A DNA stretch of 64,000 nt from Candidatus Woesearchaeota archaeon (GTDB taxonomy: Archaea > Nanobdellota > Nanobdellia > SCGC-AAA011-G17 > JACPIM01): NCBI GenBank assembly GCA_964457785.1, contig CAYWEX010000002.1, forward strand, positions 15,691 to 79,690. Reading direction: 5' to 3'. Below are positions 26,478 to 33,864 of this stretch, piece after piece (position 1 is the stretch's first letter; every line of letters starts with the position of its first letter). The notes under the pieces were generated by a model. The model ran no database searches. It worked only from the letters and a program-made list of their open reading frames with translations, and was not told the DNA's origin. A program made the translations under genes and the position numbers.

Positions 26478-26802
26478 TTTCTATAATTACAAAATTTTTC
26501 ATCTTTGATATTGGCCTGCACTCCATGATTTTTACTACATCACCAACTTTTATATCAATGCAAGGAGTAGAGTGAACGTGAATTCTTGAATTTCTTTTTT
26601 CATATCTTTCATATTTTTGCAAGTAAAACAATCTAGGGAATTCTACACGAGCTGTTTTTTGGGAACCAATTTTTGTAACTTTTCCTGTGAAGAAATTGCC
26701 CCTTATTTTCAGGCCTTTATGGAAAGGACAATGCTTATCATCACAGCTTTTGCTAGGTAATTTCAAATTAATTCCTATTTTTGATACTTCTTGCTTTTTC
26801 AT
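26464..26802 (-). CDS. rps17: Ribosomal protein uS17
   Basis: CDDKHCPFHKGLKIRGNFFTGKVTK... Confidence 0.9.
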   Translation of the reverse strand: MKKQEVSKIGINLKLPSKSCDDKHCPFHKGLKIRGNFFTGKVTKIGSQKTARVEFPRLFYLQKYERYEKRNSRIHVHSTPCIDIKVGDVVKIMECRPISKMKNFVIIENESA

Positions 26803-27077
26803 TTTTTTAATCTGTCTTCCGGTCTTCCAACCAAAAGTTCTCCACTTACTTTTATTTCATTATTATCTACAAAAATTTTTAATGTAACTTGGTCTTTTAA
26901 CAAAGTTTTATTATGATGAGAACCAAGATTATTATTGTCTTCTACTTTAATTTTTAAAGTATTTCTAGTTTCATCTATTATAGTGCCCTTGATTCCGATC
27001 AAGTTCTTGTTTTTTGATTCTATTACTTCCATTTTTAAACCTATCAGCTCATGCCTCAAAAAATCATTTAGATTCAT
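26799..27077 (-). CDS. rnp1: RNase P protein component 1 (Rpp29/Pop4)
   Basis: ELIGLKMEVIESKNKNLIGIKGTIIDETRNTLKI; canonical position between SUI1 and S17. Confidence 0.8.
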   Translation of the reverse strand: MNLNDFLRHELIGLKMEVIESKNKNLIGIKGTIIDETRNTLKIKVEDNNNLGSHHNKTLLKDQVTLKIFVDNNEIKVSGELLVGRPEDRLKK

Positions 27078-27078
27078 T

Positions 27079-27387
27079 TTAGTTTGTTTCTATTGATTCT
27101 GATGAAAAACCCAATCTTACGAGTTCTTCTTTTGTTTTTTCAGCATGTTCTCCCTGTAATTCTATTGTATCTCCTTTGACTGTGCCTCCACAAGCAAATT
27201 TTGATTTTAATTTCTTTGCCAAATCCCTAAGGTCAATTTCCTTGTTGTTTATTCCATAAACAACTGTGATTAATTTTCCGAATTTTCTTTTTTCGATTTT
27301 AACTTTTATTCTTTGACCTTCTTTAGCTATTGTCTCACAAACACAAAGGTCTTTTGGCAAACCACATTTTGAACATATTTCGTTCAT
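27079..27387 (-). CDS. sui1: Translation initiation factor SUI1 (aIF1)
   Basis: N-terminal CxxC...CxC knuckle and [10 protein letters not shown]...[11 protein letters not shown] core. Confidence 0.9.
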   Translation of the reverse strand: MNEICSKCGLPKDLCVCETIAKEGQRIKVKIEKRKFGKLITVVYGINNKEIDLRDLAKKLKSKFACGGTVKGDTIELQGEHAEKTKEELVRLGFSSESIETN

Positions 27388-27605
27388 TTCTTTTTCGCGA
27401 CCTCCACAGACTGGGTCTGATTTTTTGGATTCATTAATGTTAAAATTCTTGCAATTGTCCTTCTTGTATTTCTAATTAAAGCTGGCTTTTCCAGTGTTGT
27501 TCCTCTTGCCCTTTTTGCATTTAAAACAATCAATTCTTTTCTAAGTTCAACTATTTTAGATTTCAAATCTTCTTGTTTTAATTGTCTTAATTCATTGATT
27601 TTCAT
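27384..27605 (-). CDS. rpl29: Ribosomal protein uL29
   Basis: [23 protein letters not shown]. Confidence 0.85.
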   Translation of the reverse strand: MKINELRQLKQEDLKSKIVELRKELIVLNAKRARGTTLEKPALIRNTRRTIARILTLMNPKNQTQSVEVAKKK

Positions 27606-28395
27606 TTTCTTCTACTTTTTCCACAATTACTTCTTCTGTTTTTTCTTCTACAATTTCTTCTTTGACTTTTTTTGATCTTTTCTTTTTCTCTTTTACTTCT
27701 GAACCTTCTTTGGGAGAAGCTTCACCAAGTGCTGGTTTTTCTTCTACAATTTCTTCTTTTATTTCTGGCTCTGGTTTTTTCTCGACTAGATCCATGTTTT
27801 TATCTAAAATTAATATTTTATCTGGAAGCACTATGTCTGGAGTCATTACACTTACTTTTATTCCAATTACACCAGATTTTAAATTAGCTTGAGCAATTGC
27901 TTTTTTTACTTTATCAGATGCTATATAACCTGATTTTTTTAAATGTCCTGCTTTAAATCTCCAGCTTCTTGCTCTTGCACTTGGGACTTTTCCTGAAATA
28001 ACTATTTCGGCTCCAAGAGCACCAGCATTAATTATATCCTGCAAGGTTTTGTAACCAACTGACTTAAATCTCTTTGAACCAAATCTCACCAGAGTTGATG
28101 ATATTTTATCTGCAATGAAATTTGCATCGAGCATAGGATTTTGCAATTCACCAATTTCAATTTGTGGATTTTCCATTTTGAATTTTCTCTTCAAAACATT
28201 TGTTAGTTTCCTTATGTTTTCTCCTTTTTTACCCACTACTAGACCTGGCCTTGTTGTGTAGATAATTACTTTTTCACCTAAGGGAGTTCTTTGAATATCT
28301 ATATGTGAAAATCCAGTTCCACCAAATTCTCCTTTAATATATTCCTGAATCTGGAATTCCTTTATTTTTTGACTGACAAATTGTCTTTCTATCAT
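27592..28395 (-). CDS. rps3: Ribosomal protein uS3 with a K/E-rich C-terminal extension
   Basis: KH domain GLVVGKKGENIRKL plus the S3 C-terminal domain. Confidence 0.9.
   Translation of the reverse strand: MIERQFVSQKIKEFQIQEYIKGEFGGTGFSHIDIQRTPLGEKVIIYTTRPGLVVGKKGENIRKLTNVLKRKFKMENPQIEIGELQNPMLDANFIADKISSTLVRFGSKRFKSVGYKTLQDIINAGALGAEIVISGKVPSARARSWRFKAGHLKKSGYIASDKVKKAIAQANLKSGVIGIKVSVMTPDIVLPDKILILDKNMDLVEKKPEPEIKEEIVEEKPALGEASPKEGSEVKEKKKRSKKVKEEIVEEKTEEVIVEKVEENENQ
27700..27728 (-). repeat. Stem-loop element copy inside the uS3 coding tail (translated ALGEASPKEGS)
   Basis: UUGG-UGAAGCUUCU-CCCAA-AGAAGGUUCA: 9 of 10 positions paired with a G.G mismatch. 29/30 nt identical to the uL22 copy. 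Confidence 0.8.
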
Positions 28396-28877
28396 TTTTT
28401 TGAACCTTCTTTGGAAGAAGCTTCACCAAGCATTTTTTTGGGTTTTTCTTCAACTTTTGATTTTTGTTTTTCTGAAGCATAAATTTCAACATCAGTTCTT
28501 TTCATTCTTCTTCCTTTATGCCTGCTGTAATGCCATGATACTGATCCTGAATTTGCAATTGCTTTTTCTATTTTCAACAATTCTGAATTTAGGCCTTTAT
28601 TTTTTGCATTGCCTTCTAATGTTTGAAGCAATTGTAAAAAGTGCATTGATGCTTTTTTAGGATAAAAACCAGGACCTTGATGTCCTGCTTTGTGTCCTCT
28701 CTTATGATAAAATCTTTTTAATTTGATTACTTCTTTTTCTTCCAAAACATTGTTCAATACTTTTCTTATTTTTGCAATTTCCTTGCCTTTCATAAATGAA
28801 CAAATTTCAATTGCATGCTTTGTTGAAATAGGCAAACCTGATCCAGATACTTTTGCTAAATTTTTTTCTTCTGTCAT
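28392..28877 (-). CDS. rpl22: Ribosomal protein uL22
   Basis: LPISTKHAIEICSFMKGK...; operon position. Confidence 0.9.
   Translation of the reverse strand: MTEEKNLAKVSGSGLPISTKHAIEICSFMKGKEIAKIRKVLNNVLEEKEVIKLKRFYHKRGHKAGHQGPGFYPKKASMHFLQLLQTLEGNAKNKGLNSELLKIEKAIANSGSVSWHYSRHKGRRMKRTDVEIYASEKQKSKVEEKPKKMLGEASSKEGSKK
28401..28429 (-). repeat. Stem-loop element copy inside the uL22 coding tail (translated MLGEASSKEGSKK*), 5 nt upstream of the uS3 ATG
   Basis: UUGG-UGAAGCUUCU-UCCAA-AGAAGGUUCA. Confidence 0.8.
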
Positions 28878-28878
28878 T

Positions 28879-29277
28879 TTACTTCTTTGGAGATGCTCCT
28901 GAACTAGATCTTGTAGCTCCTATACCAGGGGCTGAATGCTGAACTCTCCTTCTTGTTATTACAAATTCGCCCAAGTAATGGCCTAATTTTTCTACTGTTA
29001 TTGCAACAGGAACAAATTCCTTTCCACTATAAACATGTATTATTGTACCTAAAAATTCAGGTATGACTATCATATCTCTGCAGTGAGTTTTGATATTTTT
29101 CTTTATTTTTCCCAGCTTGAATTTTTTTATTTTTTCAATTAATTTTTTATGCTGGTCTGGAAGACCTCTCTTTAAATTTCTTCTCTGCCTTGAGGTTGTT
29201 AAATTCATGAAATCAATTAGAGTCATATCTTTGAATTCTCTTTCTGTCTTTCCTTTATATGTTGGTTCTTTAGCCAT
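28879..29277 (-). CDS. rps19: Ribosomal protein uS19
   Basis: HCRDMIVIPEFLGTIIHVYSGKEFVPV...GEFVITRR. Confidence 0.9.
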   Translation of the reverse strand: MAKEPTYKGKTEREFKDMTLIDFMNLTTSRQRRNLKRGLPDQHKKLIEKIKKFKLGKIKKNIKTHCRDMIVIPEFLGTIIHVYSGKEFVPVAITVEKLGHYLGEFVITRRRVQHSAPGIGATRSSSGASPKK

Positions 29278-29283
29278 TTTTAA

Positions 29284-29562
29284 TTAGTCCTTATTATTTT
29301 TTTTATGTCTCTTAATTTCTTCCAAAATTCTTTTTTCAACTTCCCCAATTTTTTCATCATCACCGAATAAAACTACTGTCATATAATTATCTGGATAGGA
29401 CCGAGCTTCTGTTTTTATAGCAATATCTTGAAAGAAATGAACATATGTTCCACGTGATATTTCTCTGATAATTGTCTCTGCTCCCATCATATTCATCATA
29501 CCATTAAAAACAAGAGGATTACAGAAATTTTCTTGTGGTCCGTTATAAATTTCTTTAGCCAT
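29284..29562 (-). CDS. Uncharacterised 92-aa protein inserted between uL2 and uS19
   Basis: Intact ORF; 1-nt gap after the uL2 stop and 6 nt before the uS19 ATG; no known motif. Confidence 0.55.
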   Translation of the reverse strand: MAKEIYNGPQENFCNPLVFNGMMNMMGAETIIREISRGTYVHFFQDIAIKTEARSYPDNYMTVVLFGDDEKIGEVEKRILEEIKRHKKNNKD

Positions 29563-29563
29563 T

Positions 29564-30286
29564 TTACTTTCTACCTGTTCTCCTTGCAGCGACTTTACCT
29601 ACTTTTCTTCCTGGTGGAGCATTTCTACTTACTACTTTAATCTTTGCGTGCATTCTTCCTCTACCAGAACCATAAGGATGATTCAAAGCATTCATAGCAA
29701 CTGCTGAAGTTTGAGGATATATTTTTCCTCTTGTTCTCATATAATGCCATCTTTTTCCAGCTTTTACAAACGGCTTGTCTTTTCTTCCGTGACCAGACAA
29801 AGTTCCTATTGTTGCCCTGCAATCTGGCTGGAATTTTTTTTGTTTTTTTGACGGCAACTCAATTAAAATTGAATCTTTAGTTGAGCTGATTATTTTTGCA
29901 AATGTTCCTGCAGCTCTGCAGAATTTACCGCCATCTCCTGGGGAGCTTTCTATATTATATATTAAAGTTCCCTCTGGAATTACTTTTAATGGAATTGTAT
30001 TTCCGTTGTTAATGGCTGAAGTGAAACCTGATTCTATAATATCATTGACTCTTATATTCAAAGGAGCCAGAATATATGCTTCTTCATTATTAGCGAATTT
30101 TATTTTTGCCAAAGGTGTTGTGTGGCCAGGACACTTTACTAAATCGATAACTTTGCCTGAAATTTTTGATGATTTTTCAATTTGATCATATTTTCTGTAT
30201 TTTACATCTGCCAAAAAATGACCAGAGTTAGCTCTATAAACTGGTGTTCCACGTCCACGTCTTCTGATCATTATTCTCTTTCCCAT
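29564..30286 (-). CDS. rpl2: Ribosomal protein uL2
   Basis: GTLIYNIESSPGDGGKFCRAAG...HPYGSGRGR. Confidence 0.95.
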   Translation of the reverse strand: MGKRIMIRRRGRGTPVYRANSGHFLADVKYRKYDQIEKSSKISGKVIDLVKCPGHTTPLAKIKFANNEEAYILAPLNIRVNDIIESGFTSAINNGNTIPLKVIPEGTLIYNIESSPGDGGKFCRAAGTFAKIISSTKDSILIELPSKKQKKFQPDCRATIGTLSGHGRKDKPFVKAGKRWHYMRTRGKIYPQTSAVAMNALNHPYGSGRGRMHAKIKVVSRNAPPGRKVGKVAARRTGRK

Positions 30287-30610
30287 TTATAATTGAGCTC
30301 CTACATCAGCTAATATTTTTACTAGTCTTGATCTTTCGCTTTCTGGAAATATTTGAATTCTATCTTTTGTTAAATGCATCATGCTGAATGAGGATATTGG
30401 TTTGTAAGTTACAATTCCATCTAATTCCATTATCCAATGATCTCGTGCTATGATAAATTCATTTTGTTTTCCTCTTTTTTTAAAAACGTGCTCTCTTTTT
30501 GTTTCTGATAATCCTAAATATTCAGCTTCTTCTATTTCTCCGTTTGGATATTTTTCTACACGATAAACATTTCCTTTTGTGAGTGCTGGTTTTTTAAAAT
30601 ATTCTTGCAT
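30287..30610 (-). CDS. Uncharacterised 107-aa protein inserted between uL23 and uL2
   Basis: Intact ORF abutting the uL2 ATG (0-nt gap) and 1 nt after the uL23 stop; no known motif. Confidence 0.55.
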   Translation of the reverse strand: MQEYFKKPALTKGNVYRVEKYPNGEIEEAEYLGLSETKREHVFKKRGKQNEFIIARDHWIMELDGIVTYKPISSFSMMHLTKDRIQIFPESERSRLVKILADVGAQL

Positions 30611-30611
30611 T

Positions 30612-30869
30612 TTACATTAGTCCTAGTTTTGTTGCTACATCCATGGCATTATTTTCCTTATTTAATTTGACGTATGCTTTTTTTCCTTCTACTCCTATTA
30701 GAGTATTTATTTTTTGAACTTTCACGTTGAACAGTTCTTCAACTGCTTTTTTTATATCTGGTTTTTTTGCTTTTCTGTCTACTATAAAAACAATTTTATT
30801 TTCTGTTTCCATTAACTTGAAACATTTTTCAGTTGCTACAGGATATTTTATTATTTCGTGACTTTCCAT
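30612..30869 (-). CDS. rpl23: Ribosomal protein uL23
   Basis: IIKYPVATEKCFKLMETENKIVFIVDRKAKKPDIKKAVE. Confidence 0.9.
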   Translation of the reverse strand: MESHEIIKYPVATEKCFKLMETENKIVFIVDRKAKKPDIKKAVEELFNVKVQKINTLIGVEGKKAYVKLNKENNAMDVATKLGLM

Positions 30870-31748
30870 TTACTTTTTTACCTTTGAACCTTCTTTTGAA
30901 GAAGCTTTACCAATAACCTTTTTTGAAACTTCTTGCTTTATTTCATTTGTAAATAATTTTTTTTCATTTAATATATCAATTGCGTCTTTTGTGAATAAAG
31001 TTAATCTTCCTGGTGTTCCACCTGGCGCTAATAACTCGACATTGATATTATTTATTAAAGTACAGTCAATTCCTTTAATTGAAGTTAAAACTTTTGAAAC
31101 CTCATGCTTTTTACCGAGAACAAATAAGGGACCTTTTTTATTTTGATATTTTCTTCCTCTTTTACTTCCCTGGCCTGCCTTTACTTTTTTTACATCCAAT
31201 CTTTGAAGTTCATTTTCAAGACCAATTTTTTCCAAGAATTTTAGTAAATCTTTTGTTTTCTTTAGATCATATAATTTATTATCAATAATTAAGGGCAGGT
31301 ATTTGAATAAATGGCCACGAGCTTTTACTAATTCCTGATTTATTACTGCGCTTAATGCAGACCTGATTGCTTTTCTGTTTTCTTTTTTATTTATTTTTTC
31401 ATCATAAATTTTGTAAGCTTTTGGAACATGAGCTCTTCTACCTTTGTATGTTCCTGGAGCAAATGCACCCATCCATTGGAATTGTGATCCTCTTCTTAAC
31501 AATATTTTTCTAGGTGCTCTGGAAATCCCTTTACCATAAGAACCTCTAAAGTCGCGTCTTCTTCTTGATATTTTTGCAGAAACTCTCTGACCTGCAGTTG
31601 GATAAGAACCATAAGGTTGTTTTTTATTTGATCTAATTGCCAAGAAAGCTCTTTGAATTAAATCTTTTCTTAAAGGCTCATTAAACTGACTAGGCAATTC
31701 AACTGAACCTGATTTACTTCCATCTGTGTTATATATATCTGCTTTCAT
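30870..31748 (-). CDS. rpl4: Ribosomal protein uL4
   Basis: L4/L1e family core (SYGKGISRAPR...GRRAHVPK); operon position. Confidence 0.9.
   Translation of the reverse strand: MKADIYNTDGSKSGSVELPSQFNEPLRKDLIQRAFLAIRSNKKQPYGSYPTAGQRVSAKISRRRRDFRGSYGKGISRAPRKILLRRGSQFQWMGAFAPGTYKGRRAHVPKAYKIYDEKINKKENRKAIRSALSAVINQELVKARGHLFKYLPLIIDNKLYDLKKTKDLLKFLEKIGLENELQRLDVKKVKAGQGSKRGRKYQNKKGPLFVLGKKHEVSKVLTSIKGIDCTLINNINVELLAPGGTPGRLTLFTKDAIDILNEKKLFTNEIKQEVSKKVIGKASSKEGSKVKK
30885..30913 (-). repeat. Stem-loop element copy inside the uL4 coding tail (translated VIGKASSKEGSKVKK*), 15 nt upstream of the uL23 ATG
   Basis: UUGG-UAAAGCUUCU-UCAAA-AGAAGGUUCA; 27/30 nt identical to the uL22 copy. Confidence 0.75.
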
Positions 31749-32707
31749 TGTTTAACCTTTAAATTTAATGATGTTATTTCAAAAGATTCTGATTTTTTAG
31801 GCAGTCTTGTTGGCTCTGTCAATACAACTGCTCTTTTTCTTGTTCCTGGCAGGGAACCTTTTATCAAAATAAAATCATTTTTAACTAAACCATATTTATG
31901 AAATCCTGAACTTGGATTTATTTCTTTAGAATTATTACTTACTTTTACAATTAATTTGTTATATTCTGTTCTTTGATGATAACCCATTTTACCTGTATTG
32001 GGAACTGTATATCTAACTTTTGAAGGATTCCATGGGCCTGGTGTACCGATTCCACGTACTTTTTTCTTTGACTTGTGCCTTAATCTTTTTACACCGAATC
32101 TTTTAATCGGGCTTTGGAAACCTTTTCCTTTTGTCACACCATGAACATCAATTAACTGATTATTTTTGAAAACATCTGATATTTTTATTTCCTTATCCAA
32201 GAATTGCTTTAAAAATTCTAATTTTTCTTTTAAACTTTTTCCGCCTGATCCTAATTCCAATATCTCTGGTTTTTTCCTTTCAACTGTTGTCAAAGATGGT
32301 TTTGTATAAACTACTAATCTTACATCATCAAAATTTTCAGGAATCTGGTTTTGTTTTTTAGGAATATGAATTCTTCTTTTAATTTCTTTATCAATATTTT
32401 TTGAAAAAACTTCAGAAAGAACTTTTAAACCATCAAAATGTTGTTTGTAAAATCTTAAAGAAAGAGCTTTTAACGGCGGGCACTCGAGAATTGTTAATGG
32501 GATGGAAATAATTTGATTTTTTGTGATAGAATTTGGAGTATTATCTTTGACCATTGCGTGAGTCATTCCCACTTTATAGCCAATGAAACCAAGTAATTTT
32601 GATTCTTCTCTTTTGACCCAATTTTTTATTCTAGCGTATGATCTTTGAGACCTCTTTCTAGGCCAGACCTGCATACTTCCCCGTCTTGGATGATGCCACT
32701 TTGACAT
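31745..32707 (-). CDS. rpl3: Ribosomal protein uL3
   Basis: HPRRGSMQVWPRKR...GYKVGMTH...; first gene of the cluster. Confidence 0.95.
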   Translation of the reverse strand: MSKWHHPRRGSMQVWPRKRSQRSYARIKNWVKREESKLLGFIGYKVGMTHAMVKDNTPNSITKNQIISIPLTILECPPLKALSLRFYKQHFDGLKVLSEVFSKNIDKEIKRRIHIPKKQNQIPENFDDVRLVVYTKPSLTTVERKKPEILELGSGGKSLKEKLEFLKQFLDKEIKISDVFKNNQLIDVHGVTKGKGFQSPIKRFGVKRLRHKSKKKVRGIGTPGPWNPSKVRYTVPNTGKMGYHQRTEYNKLIVKVSNNSKEINPSSGFHKYGLVKNDFILIKGSLPGTRKRAVVLTEPTRLPKKSESFEITSLNLKVKQ

Positions 32708-32806
32708 TTTATTATTTTCTCTTTTATTCTCTCTTTTTGGTAGTTCTAGCTAAGAATCAGCGACTAATTTCTGATACAGTAAGGGTAATTTTTTAGAGAA
32801 ATAGGA

Positions 32807-32816
32807 TATTTATAAA
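32807..32816 (-). promoter_or_regulatory. TATA box (AGC-TTTATAAATA in gene sense) of the r-protein supercluster, ~100 nt upstream of the uL3 ATG
   Basis: Matches the local promoter consensus seen at other genes. Implies an ~80-nt leader, unlike the short-leader genes nearby. Confidence 0.45.
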
Positions 32817-32844
32817 GCTGCTGGTTTTTTCAAAAAAAGAAAAA

Positions 32845-32854
32845 TTTAAATATA
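32845..32854 (+). promoter_or_regulatory. TATA box (TTTAAATATA) for the 32876 gene
   Basis: Centre is ~27 nt upstream of the ATG. Confidence 0.45.
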
Positions 32855-32875
32855 AGTTAATTACTAAAAAGTAGT

Positions 32876-33298
32876 ATGGATGAAGCAAAAATAGATTGGG
32901 AAGAAGTGAGAAGGCAAATAGATGTATATTTAACAAATCCCCAAGAAAAGCCAGAACAGAATTTTCATCTACTAAAAGGTAAAATAAAAAATGAAGATAT
33001 TCTAAGAAAGTTTCGAGAAAAAGGAATAGAAATAAGAGAAGCAGCTGCTTTTGATATTCATGCGGAACCAATTCCTGGTATGGTTGCAGTTTATAGAAAG
33101 AGAAAAGAAGGACAAGCACCATTAGTGATAAGAGAAGGTTGGAAAAAATCTAAATTAGAGGAAGAATTAGAAAAAGATGGCTGGGAATTTATTGGTAATT
33201 ATGCTAAACCCGAGTATGCCGAGTATGCGAGACAACCAAAAACCCTTGGATACGGTTTTAATAGAACTAATGATATCCAAATCAACGATATCAAATAA
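32876..33298 (+). CDS. Hypothetical protein
   Basis: Intact ORF with a promoter at the proper distance; no recognisable motif. Confidence 0.4.
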   Translation: MDEAKIDWEEVRRQIDVYLTNPQEKPEQNFHLLKGKIKNEDILRKFREKGIEIREAAAFDIHAEPIPGMVAVYRKRKEGQAPLVIREGWKKSKLEEELEKDGWEFIGNYAKPEYAEYARQPKTLGYGFNRTNDIQINDIK

Positions 33299-33357
33299 TT
33301 TAGACTTTAATTTTGACGACCAAAAACATTAAAAATAATGAAATCTATTAAAATTGT

Positions 33358-33498
33358 ATGGCGCAAGAAACGGTTACAATAACAAAAGAAGAATACGAAT
33401 TGCTTAAAAAGCAGTCCACAATAGATTTAGCTTTACTAAAACAATTCGTAGAAAGTTTTAAAGATATTAAAGAAGGTAGAATTAGAAGAGTTAAGTAG
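33358..33498 (+). CDS. Small antitoxin-like ORF (46 aa: MAQETVTITKEEYELLKKQSTIDLALLKQFVESFKDIKEGRIRRVK)
   Basis: Manual translation; below the ORF-track cutoff. Its 3' end overlaps the RelE-like gene by 8 nt in convergent orientation. Confidence 0.35.
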   Translation: MAQETVTITKEEYELLKKQSTIDLALLKQFVESFKDIKEGRIRRVK

Positions 33499-33826
33499 GC
33501 AGTTTATCTTCACTGATTAATTTTGTTATCTCTTCCTTAAATAAATCAAATAAAAACTTTATGGTGTTAATTATTTTTTGTTGGTCATTTTTATCACTAG
33601 TAGCAACCATAAAAACAGCATTCATTTCTTCATAAATAATAAAATAGATTCTATATTTTCCATAACGTTTTTCTCTAAACCATTCATAATCTATTTTATC
33701 GCCCAAATAAGGATTTTCTACAAGCTGATCTTCTATTTTATCAACGCGATTTAGAAAGTCTTTATCAGATTTCTTTAGCTCATCATCAAATCTTTTAGAA
33801 TGATAAACTTTGAACCTCTTTTCCAT
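33491..33826 (-). CDS. RelE/ParE-superfamily toxin-like protein
   Basis: Size and pattern fit the family: ...LVENPYLGDKI...EKRYGKYRIYFIIYEEMNAVFMVATSDKNDQ. Confidence 0.6.
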   Translation of the reverse strand: MEKRFKVYHSKRFDDELKKSDKDFLNRVDKIEDQLVENPYLGDKIDYEWFREKRYGKYRIYFIIYEEMNAVFMVATSDKNDQQKIINTIKFLFDLFKEEITKLISEDKLPT

Positions 33827-33864
33827 CAGGTTTTTGTATCTTTTATTTATATATAAATTTGCAA

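Noticed and set aside
2981-30913. Interpretation of the repeated element as an ordinary BRE/TATA promoter (AAGC-TTTTT... resembles the local AAGC-TTTAAATA promoter consensus) or as a palindromic transcription-factor operator
   Set aside because: The best-conserved copies have CCC/GGG in the would-be TATA region and end only 0-15 nt from the ATG, whereas bona fide promoters here sit ~25-29 nt away. Arm-to-arm compensatory changes favour a folded nucleic acid over a fixed-sequence protein site. This is not fully excluded for the A/T-only copies (2981, 16933).
32793-33122. 109-aa minus-strand ORF (Leu/Phe-rich)
   Set aside because: Low-complexity antisense frame overlapping the 32876 gene and the promoter region. 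Its composition is typical of the reverse frame of K/E-rich coding sequence.
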